Shown here: one piece after another, positions 26,061 through 40,251 of the stretch
How the letters are laid out: every line of letters begins with the position of its first letter
Position numbering within the stretch: position 1 is the stretch's first letter
DNA from: the human T2T-CHM13v2.0 reference genome, Homo sapiens
Strand: one strand, 5' to 3'
Assembly: GCF_009914755.1 (NCBI RefSeq)
Contig: NC_060944.1
Length of the DNA: 64,000 nt
Notes under the pieces: generated by a model
The model's input: only the letters and a program-made list of their open reading frames with translations
Database searches by the model: none
Told to the model about the DNA's origin: nothing
Made by a program: the position numbers and the translations under genes

Positions 26061-26979
26061 CAGGAGCCACACTCCAGCATGGGTTGGTCTGCATGGGGTC
26101 AGTAAGGGATCTAAGTGCAGAAGCCAAGGGCCAGCAAGGAGGTGTCTGTGGAATCCTGGCAGGAGGAAACACTGAAGCCTCTGTTTTTGAGGAGCCAGGA
26201 GAAGGGAAAAGGACTGAACAGCGAGGGCTTGTTCAGGGTGATGTTAAAAAAATACTTAGGGGTCATGTGGCAGGGGCCCTGTGCAGTCAGAAAGGCTGCT
26301 GGCAGGATAAAGGACAGAGGCGTGTCCCTGGCATTGCTGTAGGAACATCATTGGGGCAGCTGTACTGAGGCAGTCGTGACTGCTCGTATTCTGAGCTACT
26401 TTACTTTTTTTTTTTTTTATGCCACAGTCCGAGCCTGATGTAGCAAAGGAAGCAGCCTCTTGTTTGTATCAGGTGATAGAGAGCCAACTTTAATACGGAT
26501 AAGACGAAGTTCCTAGGCCAATGCAGGTAGCAGGCATATAGGACAAAAACTGCACCCTAGGAAACATCTACGTGGAGAGGCAGAGCAACTTTCTCATGGG
26601 CACACAGGCAGAGTATTTCTGACCTCAGAAAACCCACACTATGTGTCCCAGCTCATGATGTTTGGTGGATAAAGGCAGGGGCTAGCTTCCCATTCATTCA
26701 GTCAGCCATTCAACAAACCTTCACTGAGGGCCTCTCAGGAAGAAGGGTCTGCCTAGGCTTGGAGGTTAATCACACAGGAACTTTGTCTTTAAGAAGACTG
26801 TGGATGTATGGGCTGACCCAGGAGTGTCCACGTGTCAAGCACATCTTCCTGCTATTTATTATTAGTACTCCCTTTAAGCCATGTGTCTGGTCATGCCACA
26901 TCTGCACAAAACCCTCTTGGCTCCTCTTCTCACTTCGAGCAAATACCCAGGTCCACACTATACTTTATAAGGCCCAACC

Positions 26980-27300
26980 CAGAGGGTGGCAACTTTTTCC
27001 TGTAAAGGGCCAGAGAGTAACTATGTTCTGCTTTGGAGGCCATGAAGTCTGTCTTGCAACTACTCATCTCTGCCGTTATAATTTGAAAGCGGCCATGGAT
27101 AATATATAAATAGATAAGCATGGTCGTGGTCCAATTAAACTTTATTTATTGATGGTGAAATTTAACTTTCACATATTTTTGTGTAATAAAATACTACTCT
27201 TTTTGGAAGATTGAAAAAAAAATTAAAAAATGTAAACGTCATGCTTAGCTCCTGGGCCACACAAAAACAGGCAGCAGGATGCATTTGCCCTCTCTGCCCT
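26980..27300. mobile_element. MER58B MITE
   Basis: gtggcaactttttcctgtaaagggccagagagtaa...aaaaaatgtaaacgtcatgcttagctcctgggccacacaaaaacaggcagc. Confidence 0.85.
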
Positions 27301-27324
27301 CATATAGAACATGACAAAAGTGGG

Positions 27325-27617
<293 letters not shown>

Positions 27618-27749
27618 CCATCCTCTCCAAAAATCCCCATAAACTCCCACTTTTCTGTCTTTAAGATGAAGGACACCATGCTAGGCATTTAGGACTTGGT
27701 TTGGTTGACACTATGGGAATTAATCTGCCAATCTCTGAACTTCTTGACC

Positions 27750-27898
27750 ACAACATCTCTGTTGCTACACCTCAGCCCTGTTGTTTGAAAGCAGCCATGA
27801 ACAAGGCATAAACGAATGGGTGTGGCTCTGTTCCAATAAAACTTTACTTATAAAACCAGGCAGATGTGGCCCACCGGTCCTAGTTTGCTGACTACTGC
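27750..27898. mobile_element. MER58A fragment
   Basis: aaagcagccat...aacgaatgggtgtggctctgttccaataaaacttta...tagtttgctgac. Confidence 0.8.
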
Positions 27899-27949
27899 CA
27901 TATAAGATCAAAATATGCTCATTCCCCCTTCTAGTGTCATCTTCCACCT

Positions 27950-28425
<476 letters not shown>

Positions 28426-29519
28426 TATAGAGTTTGAGCTTTTGAAGGACAAGGACAGGTTGATGTCCTGGTGACTGACTCATAAGCATTTCTTCAGTGG
28501 TGGCTAACTACCTATCTTTGGCCAACCTTCCTTGTGTTTCAGTCTGCCAAAGTTTTGGGATAAACCATCACTGTCAAAATTTATTGGTACTCAAGGGAAA
28601 ATCAAGCTTTTTGTGGCATCACACAACATCATAAATTAAAACATATGCTTTAAAAAATTATGATGTTACATCATGCTTTGAGGTAATGTAATGTGACAGA
28701 TTGTAATTTTTATTTTTGTAAGATTTCCTCAGTGTAAAGCAGGAAGTGGATTTGAGAAGGTTTGCAGTACCCAGGACCTCTGAATCAGGACCACATTTCC
28801 AGGCTGCCACAGTGTTGGTGCTTGGTACATCAGGCAGCGGTCTCTGCTGGGTCCTTAGTCTTCTTTTCTGTGACCCTCCTGTGGTTCATTTGGATTCTAT
28901 GTTTATCCTAAGAATCTCCCAGGGATCAAGAGGGTTCTTTGCAACCTAATTCACTCTACTGGGCTATATGATTTTGGAACTAGAGTTTCCATTGGTTTAT
29001 GTAGAATGACTGGCAAATTTTGTCTCAAATGCAAATTAGATTGGTTTTTAATGGTTGTCTGGGGTCTTAATGCTAAGAAAACTTCTGAGGATGCCTCTGC
29101 ATTCATGTAAGAGATGACGTTAGTCAACCAGCAGTGTTTGCCATGGGCTTGCAAAGGGGTAGAGGCCGTTTATACAATATGTATTTGACCATCCTGACCT
29201 AAGTGTCTGTTTCTTGCTTCTTGGATGGGCACGTAATGGGAGTTTCTTTAATTGGGCTAGGAACAGTGTCAAAGGAAGGGCAGGGGTCCTATACATGGGT
29301 TGAACTTAGTGGCCAGTTTACCCAAGGCAGTTTGGGTGAGTGAAAGGCCCCAGCTGTGGTCAGTGCCTAGCAGAGCTTGTTGTATGGGAAGCAATGCCTA
29401 GTGCTAGGTTCAAATGTTGAGGCCAGGATAAACGTTAAGTCTGGAAGCCAGCAGGAATAAGGGAAGACTAGAATAAGTTATATAAAATAACAGGAGTAAG
29501 CAATTCTGACTGGAGGAAA

Positions 29520-29840
29520 GCTGGCAAAGCAATGGGTTTCATCTCATGGTAATCCAAATTGCTTAGTAGTGTCTGCCAAGAGCTCTGTGTTGGAGGGCTT
29601 CTGGATTGTGCCAGGGACTGGGGAGGCAGGAAGTCATGATTGATTGGTAATGTCTGCCATGAGTGTGGGAGCTACGCAGGACAGTACACATGCTACATAT
29701 TTGCAATCCCTGATTTAGAGGCATGGTTATGCTGGAGTTCACACACAGAGAGAGAGAGAGGCATGGTTGATTGGTAATGTCTGCCATGGATTTTGGAGTT
29801 ATGCAGGATGGCACACATGCTACACATTTGCAATCCCTGA
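29520..29840. mobile_element. hAT-Charlie MITE (Charlie4z-like) with duplicated 3' half
   Basis: tggcaa..ggtttcatctc...tgattgattggtaatgtctgccatg...atttgcaatccctg; the last part occurs twice. Confidence 0.6.
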
Positions 29841-30842
29841 TTTAGAATCATGGTTACAGTGATGGCTTAAGAAAATTCCCTGGTTGTCTTTGACATACGC
29901 ATATTTTGTTTTCTCACCTAATATTTATTTTTTCACTTAATAATTGACCATTAGTTGTCTCGATCTGTGTTGGGGTTTAGTCATATTCATTGAACTATAA
30001 TAAAATGGGTCTCCAAAGAACACAAGTTAGACAGTGGTAAGTGCCATTGAGTAAGTGGAGGAACTGGGGGGTTAGCAATGGGTTCATGAAGGATGTGGCA
30101 TTTGAATGGGGTATTGGAGACTGGAAGGATCTTGAACATGTGGGGACGAGGGACATAACATCAGTGTGGAGGGAACAGCACAGGCTAAGGAGTGGTAGCT
30201 GGAAAGCATGAGTGGTTTGGAGGCATAGCAAGGAGGTGGATTTTGCAGGAGCAAAATGTACTAGAAAGCCTAGGGAGAGAGAAGACTGAGATTGAATGAT
30301 ACCCACTGGGGTATCCTCCCGTGGGCTGCAACTGACAAAATAAAGAACTTGGACTTAACCACCTGACCATATGGAGCTTAGTTGCTTCTATAGTGCAGCT
30401 TGAAAAGGCACCAGATAGGCGCCTCGACCACCTGACATCCCATCATAGCTGAAGTCCTCAGAGCCTAAAAAAAACTGTGATTTTCAAGAGCTCCCAAATG
30501 GGTGACAAGGTAGAAATAAGAATGATAGAATGCTCCTCACCCTTCCCACATTTCTTGCCTGCTAGAAAGACTCTGGCTTGGCCTGTGGCTATCTCTTCCC
30601 TTTTTCTGCCATTCAAAGAGGATCTGTGTCCCTCAGATCTTTGCAGTGGTGAATAAAGAGAAGAAAAGAGGAGGCAGGTAAGAAGAGGTGTTTGGGTAGA
30701 TTGAGCATTTCAGGACGCTTTGAGGTAAGACACTGACCTATGTGAGGCAGTGGTGGAGAGAGGAAAAAAAACAGGTCCAAATAAAGAATTGGAGAAATTC
30801 TGAAATCACTTATTTGCTTGTGTGAAACAGTCCCTCCCACTC

Positions 30843-31157
30843 TATTTTTTGTTTTTGTATATGATACAGGTTCTCACTCTGTCGCCTAGGCTGAAGTGCA
30901 GTGGCACAATCACAGCTTCCTGCAGCCTTGACCTCTGGGCTCAGGTGAGCCTCCCACCTCAGCATACCAAGTAGCTGGGGACTACAGGCTCATGCCACCA
31001 TGCCTACCTGAGTTTTTTTTTTTTTTTTTTTTTTTTTTGTAGAAACGGGATTTTGCCATGTTGCCCAGACTGATCTCAAACTCCTGGGCTCAAGTGATCT
31101 ACCCACCTCAGCCTCCCAAACTGCTAGGATTATAGGCTTGAGCCACCGTGCCTGGCC
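30843..31157 (-). mobile_element. AluJ
   Basis: atcacagct..ctgcagccttgacctc AluJ diagnostics; central linker expanded to T26 (31013-31038). Confidence 0.93.
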
Positions 31158-34100
31158 CAACATGTTCCTTTAATTGTGATACAGATAGGGACTTTACAGG
31201 ACTGGTCCTGGGTCGCAGCTTTGTAAACATTCCTCGTGGAAGTTGCCTTGGGTCATGCTTTAGTTTCTCATCAACCCATAGGAAGACTCGTGTAGGAGTT
31301 GGGTTCTAAAGTCATCACTGAGGGGAACATTCTCATGGAATCAAACAACGCCCTCACCAAGTCCCCAAACCATAACATAAAAATGCAACAGCTCTTAGTA
31401 AGTCCACGTGAAGCAGGTTTTCCTCCAGTGTTAGTGTGGTTCATAGCTTCTTTGGTGGAACTCCAGATGAAAGAGTTGGCTTGCATTTAGGGGCTGTGCT
31501 GTATGAAAAATTTGCATCTTTTAACACAAAATCTATGCTCTGCAAGGTGAGATGCTCACCCTGTGGGAGGGATGTGAAGACGGAGGAGTACGGAGGGAAG
31601 CACAGATTTATGCCTCACCCTTCGCACCTGTTCTGGGGCACGTGCTTCACAGAGGAGAACTGGGAGCAAAATTACCAGCATGCCATGTTTTTTTCCCTTT
31701 CTGCCACTCTCTCAGCCTATCATTGATTTATGCATGTCACTCCATGGTGTGGCGGTATCATGAACACACAGGTATGGCTTCATGGGACTGTGACTTGGGA
31801 TGGGGTCAGGAAGTCCTCACTGCAGGCTGCCCACAGCCTATCTGGTTAGCAAAGAGAAGAGCACACGGATTGATATTGGTGGTTAGGGGAGAGAACTTAC
31901 CTGGAGTTTGCATATATTCTGTACTCCTGGTACTGGTTCCTAGATTCTCAATAAATACAGCCGTGGGATGCAGACAGCACGACAGATGCTGAGGCACTAC
32001 ACGTGTACCCTCTCTCTGGAAGCCAGCTAATAATTTCTCATTAGCAAGAACAAGTAAACAAGATTGCTGTTCTACCAGAAGCCTATTGAATATGATAAAG
32101 GACACTCTCCTACCTCCTCCCCCACGCTCAGGTTGAAGTTGGAGACCAAATCGTGTACCTCGCTCTCCTGGCACAGGTATGTGACATTCAGGAAACTGCA
32201 AAACCTCTGCATGACCACGGAGAAAGAGGGACTGATCTGGCTCTCAGAACCTAGGGATGAATGGGTGAAATGTGCTCTTCATTGGCAAAGCCATTGGGAT
32301 GACCCATTGTTTTCCTGCCAAATTTGATGTGACTGGTTGGGAGGTAACTGGGAAGTTTTTCCTGTATTCTACCTCTTTCTATCTATTCTCTCATGTTACT
32401 CCAGCCTTTTTTTTTAACCTTTTGAGTTCCCTTCTCTCTTACTTTTTCCTCTTGAGCTGCCTTTGTGTGGCTGCCAAGAGGGAGACTTGAGTTTTCCATG
32501 CAAGAGGAGGGCGACCTGCTGCCTTAAATGGGGGTGTCTGTGCTGAGTTTCTTGACAGAGGAGCCCATTAGAGGCATATGACAGGTATCTCCCCTCCCAC
32601 CATCACATCAGGCTATGCCACGAGGCCCACATGATCGGCAGGAGGTACCCATAGAAGCTGTTTTTTCTGGGGAGTAGGGAGGGCAGGTGGGAGAACTGGA
32701 AAAAATGAGCCCACTTGACCACATCTTGATGGCATGGAGAGACAGGAGAAAACTTTTTGTTCTTGGAAATCTTGACTCCCTTAGGTTTCAAAAGTTTGCA
32801 TCCTGGTTAGGCTGAAACATCTAGACTTTTCCTAAAAACTCTGTTAATGTACTTTTTTTTTTGTATCCTTGGATTTAGGAAATTGTGTCCAATGAGGGAT
32901 ATTAAAACTGTTAAACCACAAGCACCAGCCAGTCAGGAGAGAAACCCAGGCTGCCAGAACACATGCTGGAAATGAACCACTGGCATCGCCTTGCCAGAGT
33001 GTAGCAGTTGAATGTGGCCTTAAATGCACTCATGCTGCTAGTGCATTTGGTATGCTTTTAATCACATAGTTGTCTTAGATAGGGACTAGTCGAGTCCATC
33101 ACATGTACTTTTAATGTCTATCAATTAAGCATATATAAAGCAAAGGAGAACAAGAGAAACAATTTAATAAAGCTAGTGAATACACTCCCCAGTCTATTTA
33201 ACTCTGTGCTCCAGAGGGAATGTAGGATGGGAAATGAGAATTTGCTGTTTCTTCAGTTGGTCTTTGTTCCTGCATTTCACCCAAAGACTGAGCAGTTCCC
33301 CCTATCTGCTGCGGTTCTAACACTGAAAGAGGTATATTGGTCTTCTAACATGGTCCTTAAATGTAAGTAAGCTATAATGTGAACTTGAAAAGCAACCATC
33401 TGTTTCAATATTGTAGGAAAAATGGTCTGTGATGGGTTTACTGGGAGATGGGTTGTGAGTAGTTGACATGACACTCTAAAAAGATAATTTTGGCCATTTG
33501 TAAATTGCACTTCATGTGCCGCCTTTAGAGCTCAACTCCTGTGTAAGTTGCCACTTCACTATGTTTGCATCTTGTACCTGGCCAACCAGTGCACCTTCAA
33601 TTTAGAAAGTATCATGAAGCCGCCTTCTAGGAAGATGAAAGTCAATGTAAAACCATGCAAAAGGATCCCCTTCTTAAAGTCACCATTGATTTTAGAGATT
33701 TCTAGGCCCAATAAGCCCCACATTTTATCATTTCATCTCTTTACACTATAGTAAGCCCAGATAATCTTATATTTCAAAGGGTTTCTAGCATTGTGTCCAT
33801 AGAGTAGAAATAATATAGATGTGTGTTTGACATCTGAATCATCCATTTCACATCTTCCAAATACACCTCTTAGTCCCTTAACATCTGGGTTTTCCACTTG
33901 CCAAAAAAAAAAAAAAATCCAAAATTATGTAGGAGTTTGAATTAGAGTCTCATCCAGATAAATTGTCTTACAGACCTGGAAGGAGAAGAATGATTTTGTT
34001 AAAGTTGCAGAAGAAGGGCTATAGGTAAATAAGCATTAATCTTTTATTTGATTTTAAAACTAGTATCCCATCTGAATTTTAGATCCTAAAGTAGACTCCA

Positions 34101-34616
34101 AACAGAATGTATTAAAAAACAAAGTCATATGTGTGCTCTGTTTGCTGACCAATATTGTGCCTTTCAGAGTTAAAAATTATTTATTATTTACCTACATGAT
34201 AAGAAATTGGATAAAATTCCTTCTTTTGTCTCCCAAATGTATTTCATGACAAAAATATAGTAGTAATTGCAAAGAGACAAGAATAAATTTAGTTTCTCAA
34301 TACTAAGTGGTGTACTATAACCAGTATTCAATAAGGCATGTTGATTTGATTTAAATTAAAAAGAGAAATGAATAATTAGCATTTCTTGTATTGGTGACAT
34401 ATGTGAAGACCAAAATAAAATTTTTCCATGAAGTTGGATAAAAGTAAAACTTTCAAAGACAGTTGTATGTATGTATTTTAAAGTAATGGGACCAGCAATG
34501 TTGCAAATACGATACATGGACTACACATCTATAATACATAAATTGTTACCTAATCCCTTTAATAATAACTAACACTTAAACATTACGTGCTGCACATGTA
34601 GCGACAGTTTTTAGCA

Positions 34617-37020
34617 CAGGCCTACCTCATTTTATGGTACTTGGCTTTATTGCACTTTGTAGATATCACATTTTTTACAAATGAAGGTTTGTGGCAATGC
34701 TGCATCATGCAGGTCTATTGGCATTTTTTCTAATAACATTTGTTCATATCTCTGTGTCATATTTTGGCAATTCTTGGAATAATTCAAGCTTTTTCTTTAT
34801 TTGTTACTGTGATCTGTGATCAGTGATCTTTGATGTTACAACTATAATTGTTTTGGTGCATCACAAGCTGTACCCATATAAGATGGCAAATGTAATGGAT
34901 AAGTGTTGTGTGTGTTCTGACTGTTCCACTCGCCAGCCTTTCTCCCACCTCTTTCCCTTTCCTTGGGCCTCCCTATTCCCAGAGACACAACAGTATTGAA
35001 ATTAAGCCAGTTAATAACCCTACAATGGCCTCTTAAATGTTTAAGTGAAAGAAAGAGTCACAGGTTTCTCACTAAATCAAAAGCTAGACATGATGACGCT
35101 TAGTGAGGGAGGCATGTCGATAGCCGAGACAGGCGGAAAGCCATGCCTCTTGTGCCAAACAGTTAGCCAAGTTGTGAATGCAAAGGAAAACTTCTTGAAG
35201 AAAATCAAAAGTATGACTCCAGTGAACACACAAATGATAAGAAGCTAGAGAGCCTCACCGCTGATATAGAGAAAGTTTTAGTGGTCTAGATAGAAGATCA
35301 AACCAACCACAACATTCCCTTAAGTAAAGCCTAATCTGCCTAATCCAGAGCAAGGCTCAACTCTCTTCAATTCCATGAAAGCTGAGAGAAGTGAGGAAAG
35401 GGCAGAAGAAAAGTTGGAAGCTAGTAGAGGTTGGTTCATGAAGTTTAAAGAAAGAAGCCATCTCCATAACATAAAAATGCAAGGTGAAGCAGCAGGTGCT
35501 GATGAAGCTGCAGCAACTTATCCAGATCTAGCTAAAATCATTGATGAAGGAGGCTACACTAAATAATGGATATTTAATGTAGACAAAACAGTGTTAAGGT
35601 GGAAGAAGATGCCATTTAGGACTTTTGTAGCTAGAGACAAGTCAATGCCTTGCTTCAAAGCTTCTGAAGGCAGGCTGACTCTCTTGTTAGCAGCTAATGC
35701 AGTTGGTTACTTAAATTTGAAGCCAGTCCTCCTTTACCATTGTGAAAATTGTAAGGCCCTTAAGAATGATGTAAGCCTACTCTGCCTGTGCTCTAGAAAT
35801 GTAGCGGTAAAGCCTGGATGACAGCATCTCTGTTTACCGGATGGTTTACTGATTATTTTAAGCCCACTGTTGGGAACTACTGCTCAGAAAAAAAAAGATT
35901 CCTTTCAAAATGTTACTGCTTATTGACAATGCAACTGGTCATCCAAGACTTCTGATGGAGATGTACAAGGAGATGAATGCTGTTTTCATGCCAGCTGACC
36001 GAACAGCCGTTCTGTAGCCCCTGGGTAAAGGAGTAATTTTGACATTTAAGTCTTATTATTTCAGAAGTACATTTTATAAGGCTATAGCTCTATAGATAGT
36101 CATTCCTTTGATGGATTGAGGCAAAGTACATAGAAAACCTTCTGGAAAGCATTCACCATTCTAGATGCCATGAAGAACATTCATGATTTATGGGAGGAGG
36201 TCAAAATATCAACAGTAACAGGAGTTAGGAAGACGTTGATTCCAACCCTTAGGGATGACTTAGAGGAGTGTAAGACTTCAGTGGAGGAAATTACGTCAGA
36301 CATGGTGGAAGTGGCAAACCAAACAGAATTAGTGGAGCCTGAAGATGTGACTGAATTGCTGCAATCTCATGAGAAAACTTGAACAGATAGGACTTGCTCC
36401 TTATGGCGGAGCAAAGAAAGTGGTTTCTTGAGATGGAATCTATTCCTGGTGAAGATGCCATGAACATTGATGAAATGACAAAAAAGGTTTTAAATATTAC
36501 ATAAACTTAGTGAGAAAGCAGCAGGAGGGTTTGAGAGGATTGATTCCAATAATGAAAGAAATTCTACTGTGGGTAAAATACTGTCAGATAGCATTGCATG
36601 CTATAGAGAAATCTTTCATGAAAGGAAGAGTCAGTTGATGAGGCACACTTCATTGTTGTCTTATTTTAAGAATAGTAAAGTAAAAATGCCGCAGCCACCC
36701 CAGCCTTCAGCAACTATCACCCTAATCAGTCAACAGCCATCAATATCAAGGCAAGACCCTCCATCAGCAAAAAGATTATGACTCACTGAAGGCTCAGATG
36801 ATCACTAGCGTTTTTTAGGATTGAAGTATTTTAAAATTAAAGTATGTACATTCCTTTTTCAGACCTAATGCTATTGCACACTCAGACTACAGTATAGTGT
36901 AAACATAAATTTTATATATGCACTGGAAAACCAAACAATTAATGTGATTTGCATTATGGCAATATGCACCTTATCGCAATGGTCTGAAATGAAACCTGCT
37001 ATATATTTGAGGTATGCCTG
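34617..37020 (+). mobile_element. full-length Tigger1 (TcMar/pogo) DNA transposon
   Basis: TIRs caggcctacctc... / ...gaggtatgcctg, 2404 bp; flanked by ca (mutated TA) and ta. Confidence 0.95.
35025..36382 (+). pseudogene. disrupted Tigger1 pogo-family DDE transposase
   Basis: Fragments [57 protein letters not shown]...ELLQSHEKT match Tigger1 transposase; many stops and frameshifts. Confidence 0.92.
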
Positions 37021-38154
37021 TATTTAATAATGTTTGTTCAAAAGAGGACAGCAAGCAACAGCCTTGATTTTATTCTCTGAAAAATCAATCCTTCCTTTTT
37101 TCCTTTGTTTGTTCATTCAATGGTTTTTTCCTTCCTTTTCTTCCTCTATTTCTGGAAAATGGAAGCCTTGATAGGATTTGTCTAGCATGGAATGCATGCA
37201 GTGGCTAACTGGAGTTTTCTGCCCTGGTTCTACCCAAAGTTCTCACAGAATCTTAAATCTCCTTGCCTTTGCCCATGCCATTTCCTTTCTTTGGTATATG
37301 TTTCTGTACTCTCTCTCTTTCTGAAAAATCCTACTTGAACTTCAAAATACAGGTTAAGCAACTAGCATTGGGTGACCTTGTCTCTTTTAGGCACCTACCT
37401 TGGCATTCTCATTGCCCTCTTAAAATATCTTTGTGGTTATGCATTAGTAATTTTTACTCTACCAGTGTCTCTCCCTACCTAATCTTCTTCTTCTTAAGGG
37501 TGGGCAATTTGTCTTTCATCTTGTTACTCCCAGCACTGAGCAGGATCTAGAACAAGGTGAATCTCAGCTAGATGTTGTAGTCAGTGTAATAAATTTTCAA
37601 ACACTTCTGTTTTTCAGTGAGGGGAAGGTGTCCAAGGTGGGCACATCAGCACATGTGGGGAGATTGGGCTGGGCATGTTTACCAACAGTGCAGTGCTTTA
37701 TTCCATTGCTTTGGTTTATTTTCCACAATGATACTTTATTTCTTCTTGAAGATCAAATAACATTTTTTAGGGCATAGGATTTTTTTTTTTTGTCAAAGGG
37801 AAAGGTCCCATATTTTAAGAAAATATTTGGAAATATTCCTTTAATCATAATAACAGCAGACATTTGTTGACTACTTACAGCAACCTAGACAACCTCACCA
37901 GAACAGACTCCTGCTATGGAATACCAATAGTTCCCTATTTAAATATGGCCTGGATGATTTTGATTGGCTGAAGATGGGTCACATGCCTGCATCCTAGTTG
38001 CAAGGGTAACTTTTGATGTGAGCAGCTGGATTTTTGTCTCCATAGTTATAAATGGCCATGACCTCCCATCAAGACTCATAACCAGGAATTTACCTGAGCA
38101 TATGAAAGAAGGTTCATATTTAGGGCAGGCAAGAAAGCATGGCAATGTCCATTA

Positions 38155-38652
38155 AGTCTTACGAGCTGCAGTAGGTGTTCCCAATGTCCTGCCTCTATCC
38201 TGAGCCATCACCAATTCATTGCATGCTGGCCCAAATTCAACCTCCAAGGTTTGCATTGTTTTGCCAAATGACTTTCTCTTGCAGCCAGAGCCTGCTTTAT
38301 CACCTGCAAAGCAAGCCAGAAATACTGGGAAATTAATATCCCTGGGATTAGCCATTAATCAATGACCAATGGGAGTCTTTGGCATATAAATAACTCTTCT
38401 CCTTGATCCCTTGGGTGGGATAACTCTGAGGCATGTTTTGCACTGAATGCCAGAGCTTCTGAGAAGAATTGATCTCCAAGTACCCAAAATGGAAACAGCA
38501 TTAATAACAAACCTTATATTGGCTGCCTTCCATCCTGGGTCTCACTTCTCCATTCCCCTGGTTGTATTTTTGGGGATTACGTACAAAATGAACTACTTGC
38601 TCTCTAATCCTTGTCTCAAAGTATACTTCAGGGGGATCCCAAACTAAGACCA
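38155..38652 (+). mobile_element. ERVL solo LTR (LTR16/LTR33 group)
   Basis: 3' end aaatgaactacttgctctctaatccttgtctcaaagtatacttcagggggatcccaaactaagac. Confidence 0.78.
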
Positions 38653-38889
38653 ATGTAGGAAGATGTTATTAAGCTTTATTTTTTGCGATTTGTATCAGGA
38701 AGCAAAACCAAACCAAATCTCACCTAAAGAGGTTTTCAAATATAAACCCATAATATTGAATGTGTTATTTCAAATCATTTCCTCTATGATTTAAACTTAG
38801 TATCCTAAGAGATTTGCCCCTCTAATGAGTATTACTGAAATGGTATATCGGTAGCCACCTGACGCTCAAGAGATACTTGTTTGTTTACT

Positions 38890-39400
38890 TATATGCTAGG
38901 GTAGGAAGAATATTACCCTTATCCATGCATGACGTAAAACTCAGGAAAAAGGTTATGTCTGGAGCTGTTGATATGGTCTGGAAATATTTATTTGGAAGCC
39001 ATCCATGTAGAAGTGAGAGTTGAAGCCTTGGGGGATGAAACGATTGCCTGGGGTAAAGCAATAGGAAAAGAAGAGGATAGGTAAGAATTGACAATCAACT
39101 CTGTAGCAATGCTTGGGTAATGAGGAGAAAAGAGAAATCAGTTAGGTAATTAGATGGAAAAGGGATGGAAAAGACAGACAATATGGGTTGCATGGGGTCA
39201 TTGAAGTCAGAGGAGGGAAAGGTTTTGAAGAAGTAGTGAATGGTAGCATCGAATGTTAGTGGCTCTACTGGTTTGGGCTTAGGGAGGTTTAGAGTTAAAA
39301 CAAAGTGAAGGAATTGGGAGTAAGAAACTCAGTGGTTGTGAGAGAGTAGGTGCAGTAGAGTGATAGGGATGAAAGACAACTGGAAATGGTAGATGAGTGG
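38890..39400 (-). mobile_element. L2 fragment
   Basis: atttggaagccatccatgtaga..gagagttgaagccttggggga; agtcagaggagggaaaggttttgaagaag. Confidence 0.55.
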
Positions 39401-39419
39401 GTGAAGACATGATAGAGCA

Positions 39420-40070
39420 AATAGAGCCTGAAATCCCAAACTCGTAAACCCCCCAAATCTCTGAACTAATATGAGGCTATTTACATTTTTTAATCCACCC
39501 CCTTTCATGCAGGTATTTACATGCTCTTGAAAGTACTAATGTGATTTGTTTTAGGGTGGTGTCTTGGGCATCCTGGGGTATTACATAATATGCAGTAGAT
39601 GCTCACGTATAGATCCGGATAGGGTAGCTTATGTTGCAGTAACAAACAAGCCCCAAATAGCAGGGGCTTATGCAATGTTACATGCCCATTGTGGGTCACT
39701 TGGGACTTTGCTTCCTGACATTTTTATTAAGGACCCAGGCTGGTGGAGCCTCCATTACCTGGGATATTGCCAATATTATGCCAGAGGGAAGTGAGAATGT
39801 GATGCAAACACATGCTGGCTCTCAGAGCTTCTTGGAAGTGGCACATGTCACTATTGCTAACCCTTCACATGGCAAGCCAAGTCACATGACCATTGGAGCT
39901 CAATAGAATGAAGACGTATATTCCTCCTGCAGGGAGGGCCAACCTAGGGAGGGCAGTGAATATTTTATATAACAGATGCAGTCTACCATAACTTCAGATC
40001 TTTTTAAAACCTGAATTCAAAAGATACCTGGTTCTTAGAATTTCAGATAAGGAGCTATGGGCTTATTGTA
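39420..40070. mobile_element. Tigger16-like relic interrupted by an MLT1 LTR (about 39607-39990)
   Basis: tattacataatatgcagta and ctgaattcaaaagatacctgg...ttcagataagg ends; internal ggtagcttatgttgcagtaacaaacaagcccc MLT1 start. Confidence 0.5.
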
Positions 40071-40251
40071 ATCTGTTCTTTCAAAAAATCTGGCTGTGTA
40101 AAGAAAGAGCAGCTTGACCAGAAGCTGACATGAAGAAAGGATGTTCTCATAAGGAAGATTTGAATATTGAATAAGAATCACTTGGTTGAAAATGACATAA
40201 ACCCAATTTAAACTACTTTAAGTAAAAATCAGATTTTAAGTTTTTGCTGAT

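Noticed and set aside
29635-29856. CRISPR-like repeat-spacer array or any prokaryotic system
   Set aside because: Only two diverged copies, derived from a eukaryotic MITE; the window is primate DNA with no cas or operon-like genes
35045-36781. TIGD1-like gene
   Set aside because: Fragmented by stops and frameshifts, third catalytic Asp lost, and still bounded by TIRs: a dead Tigger1 copy
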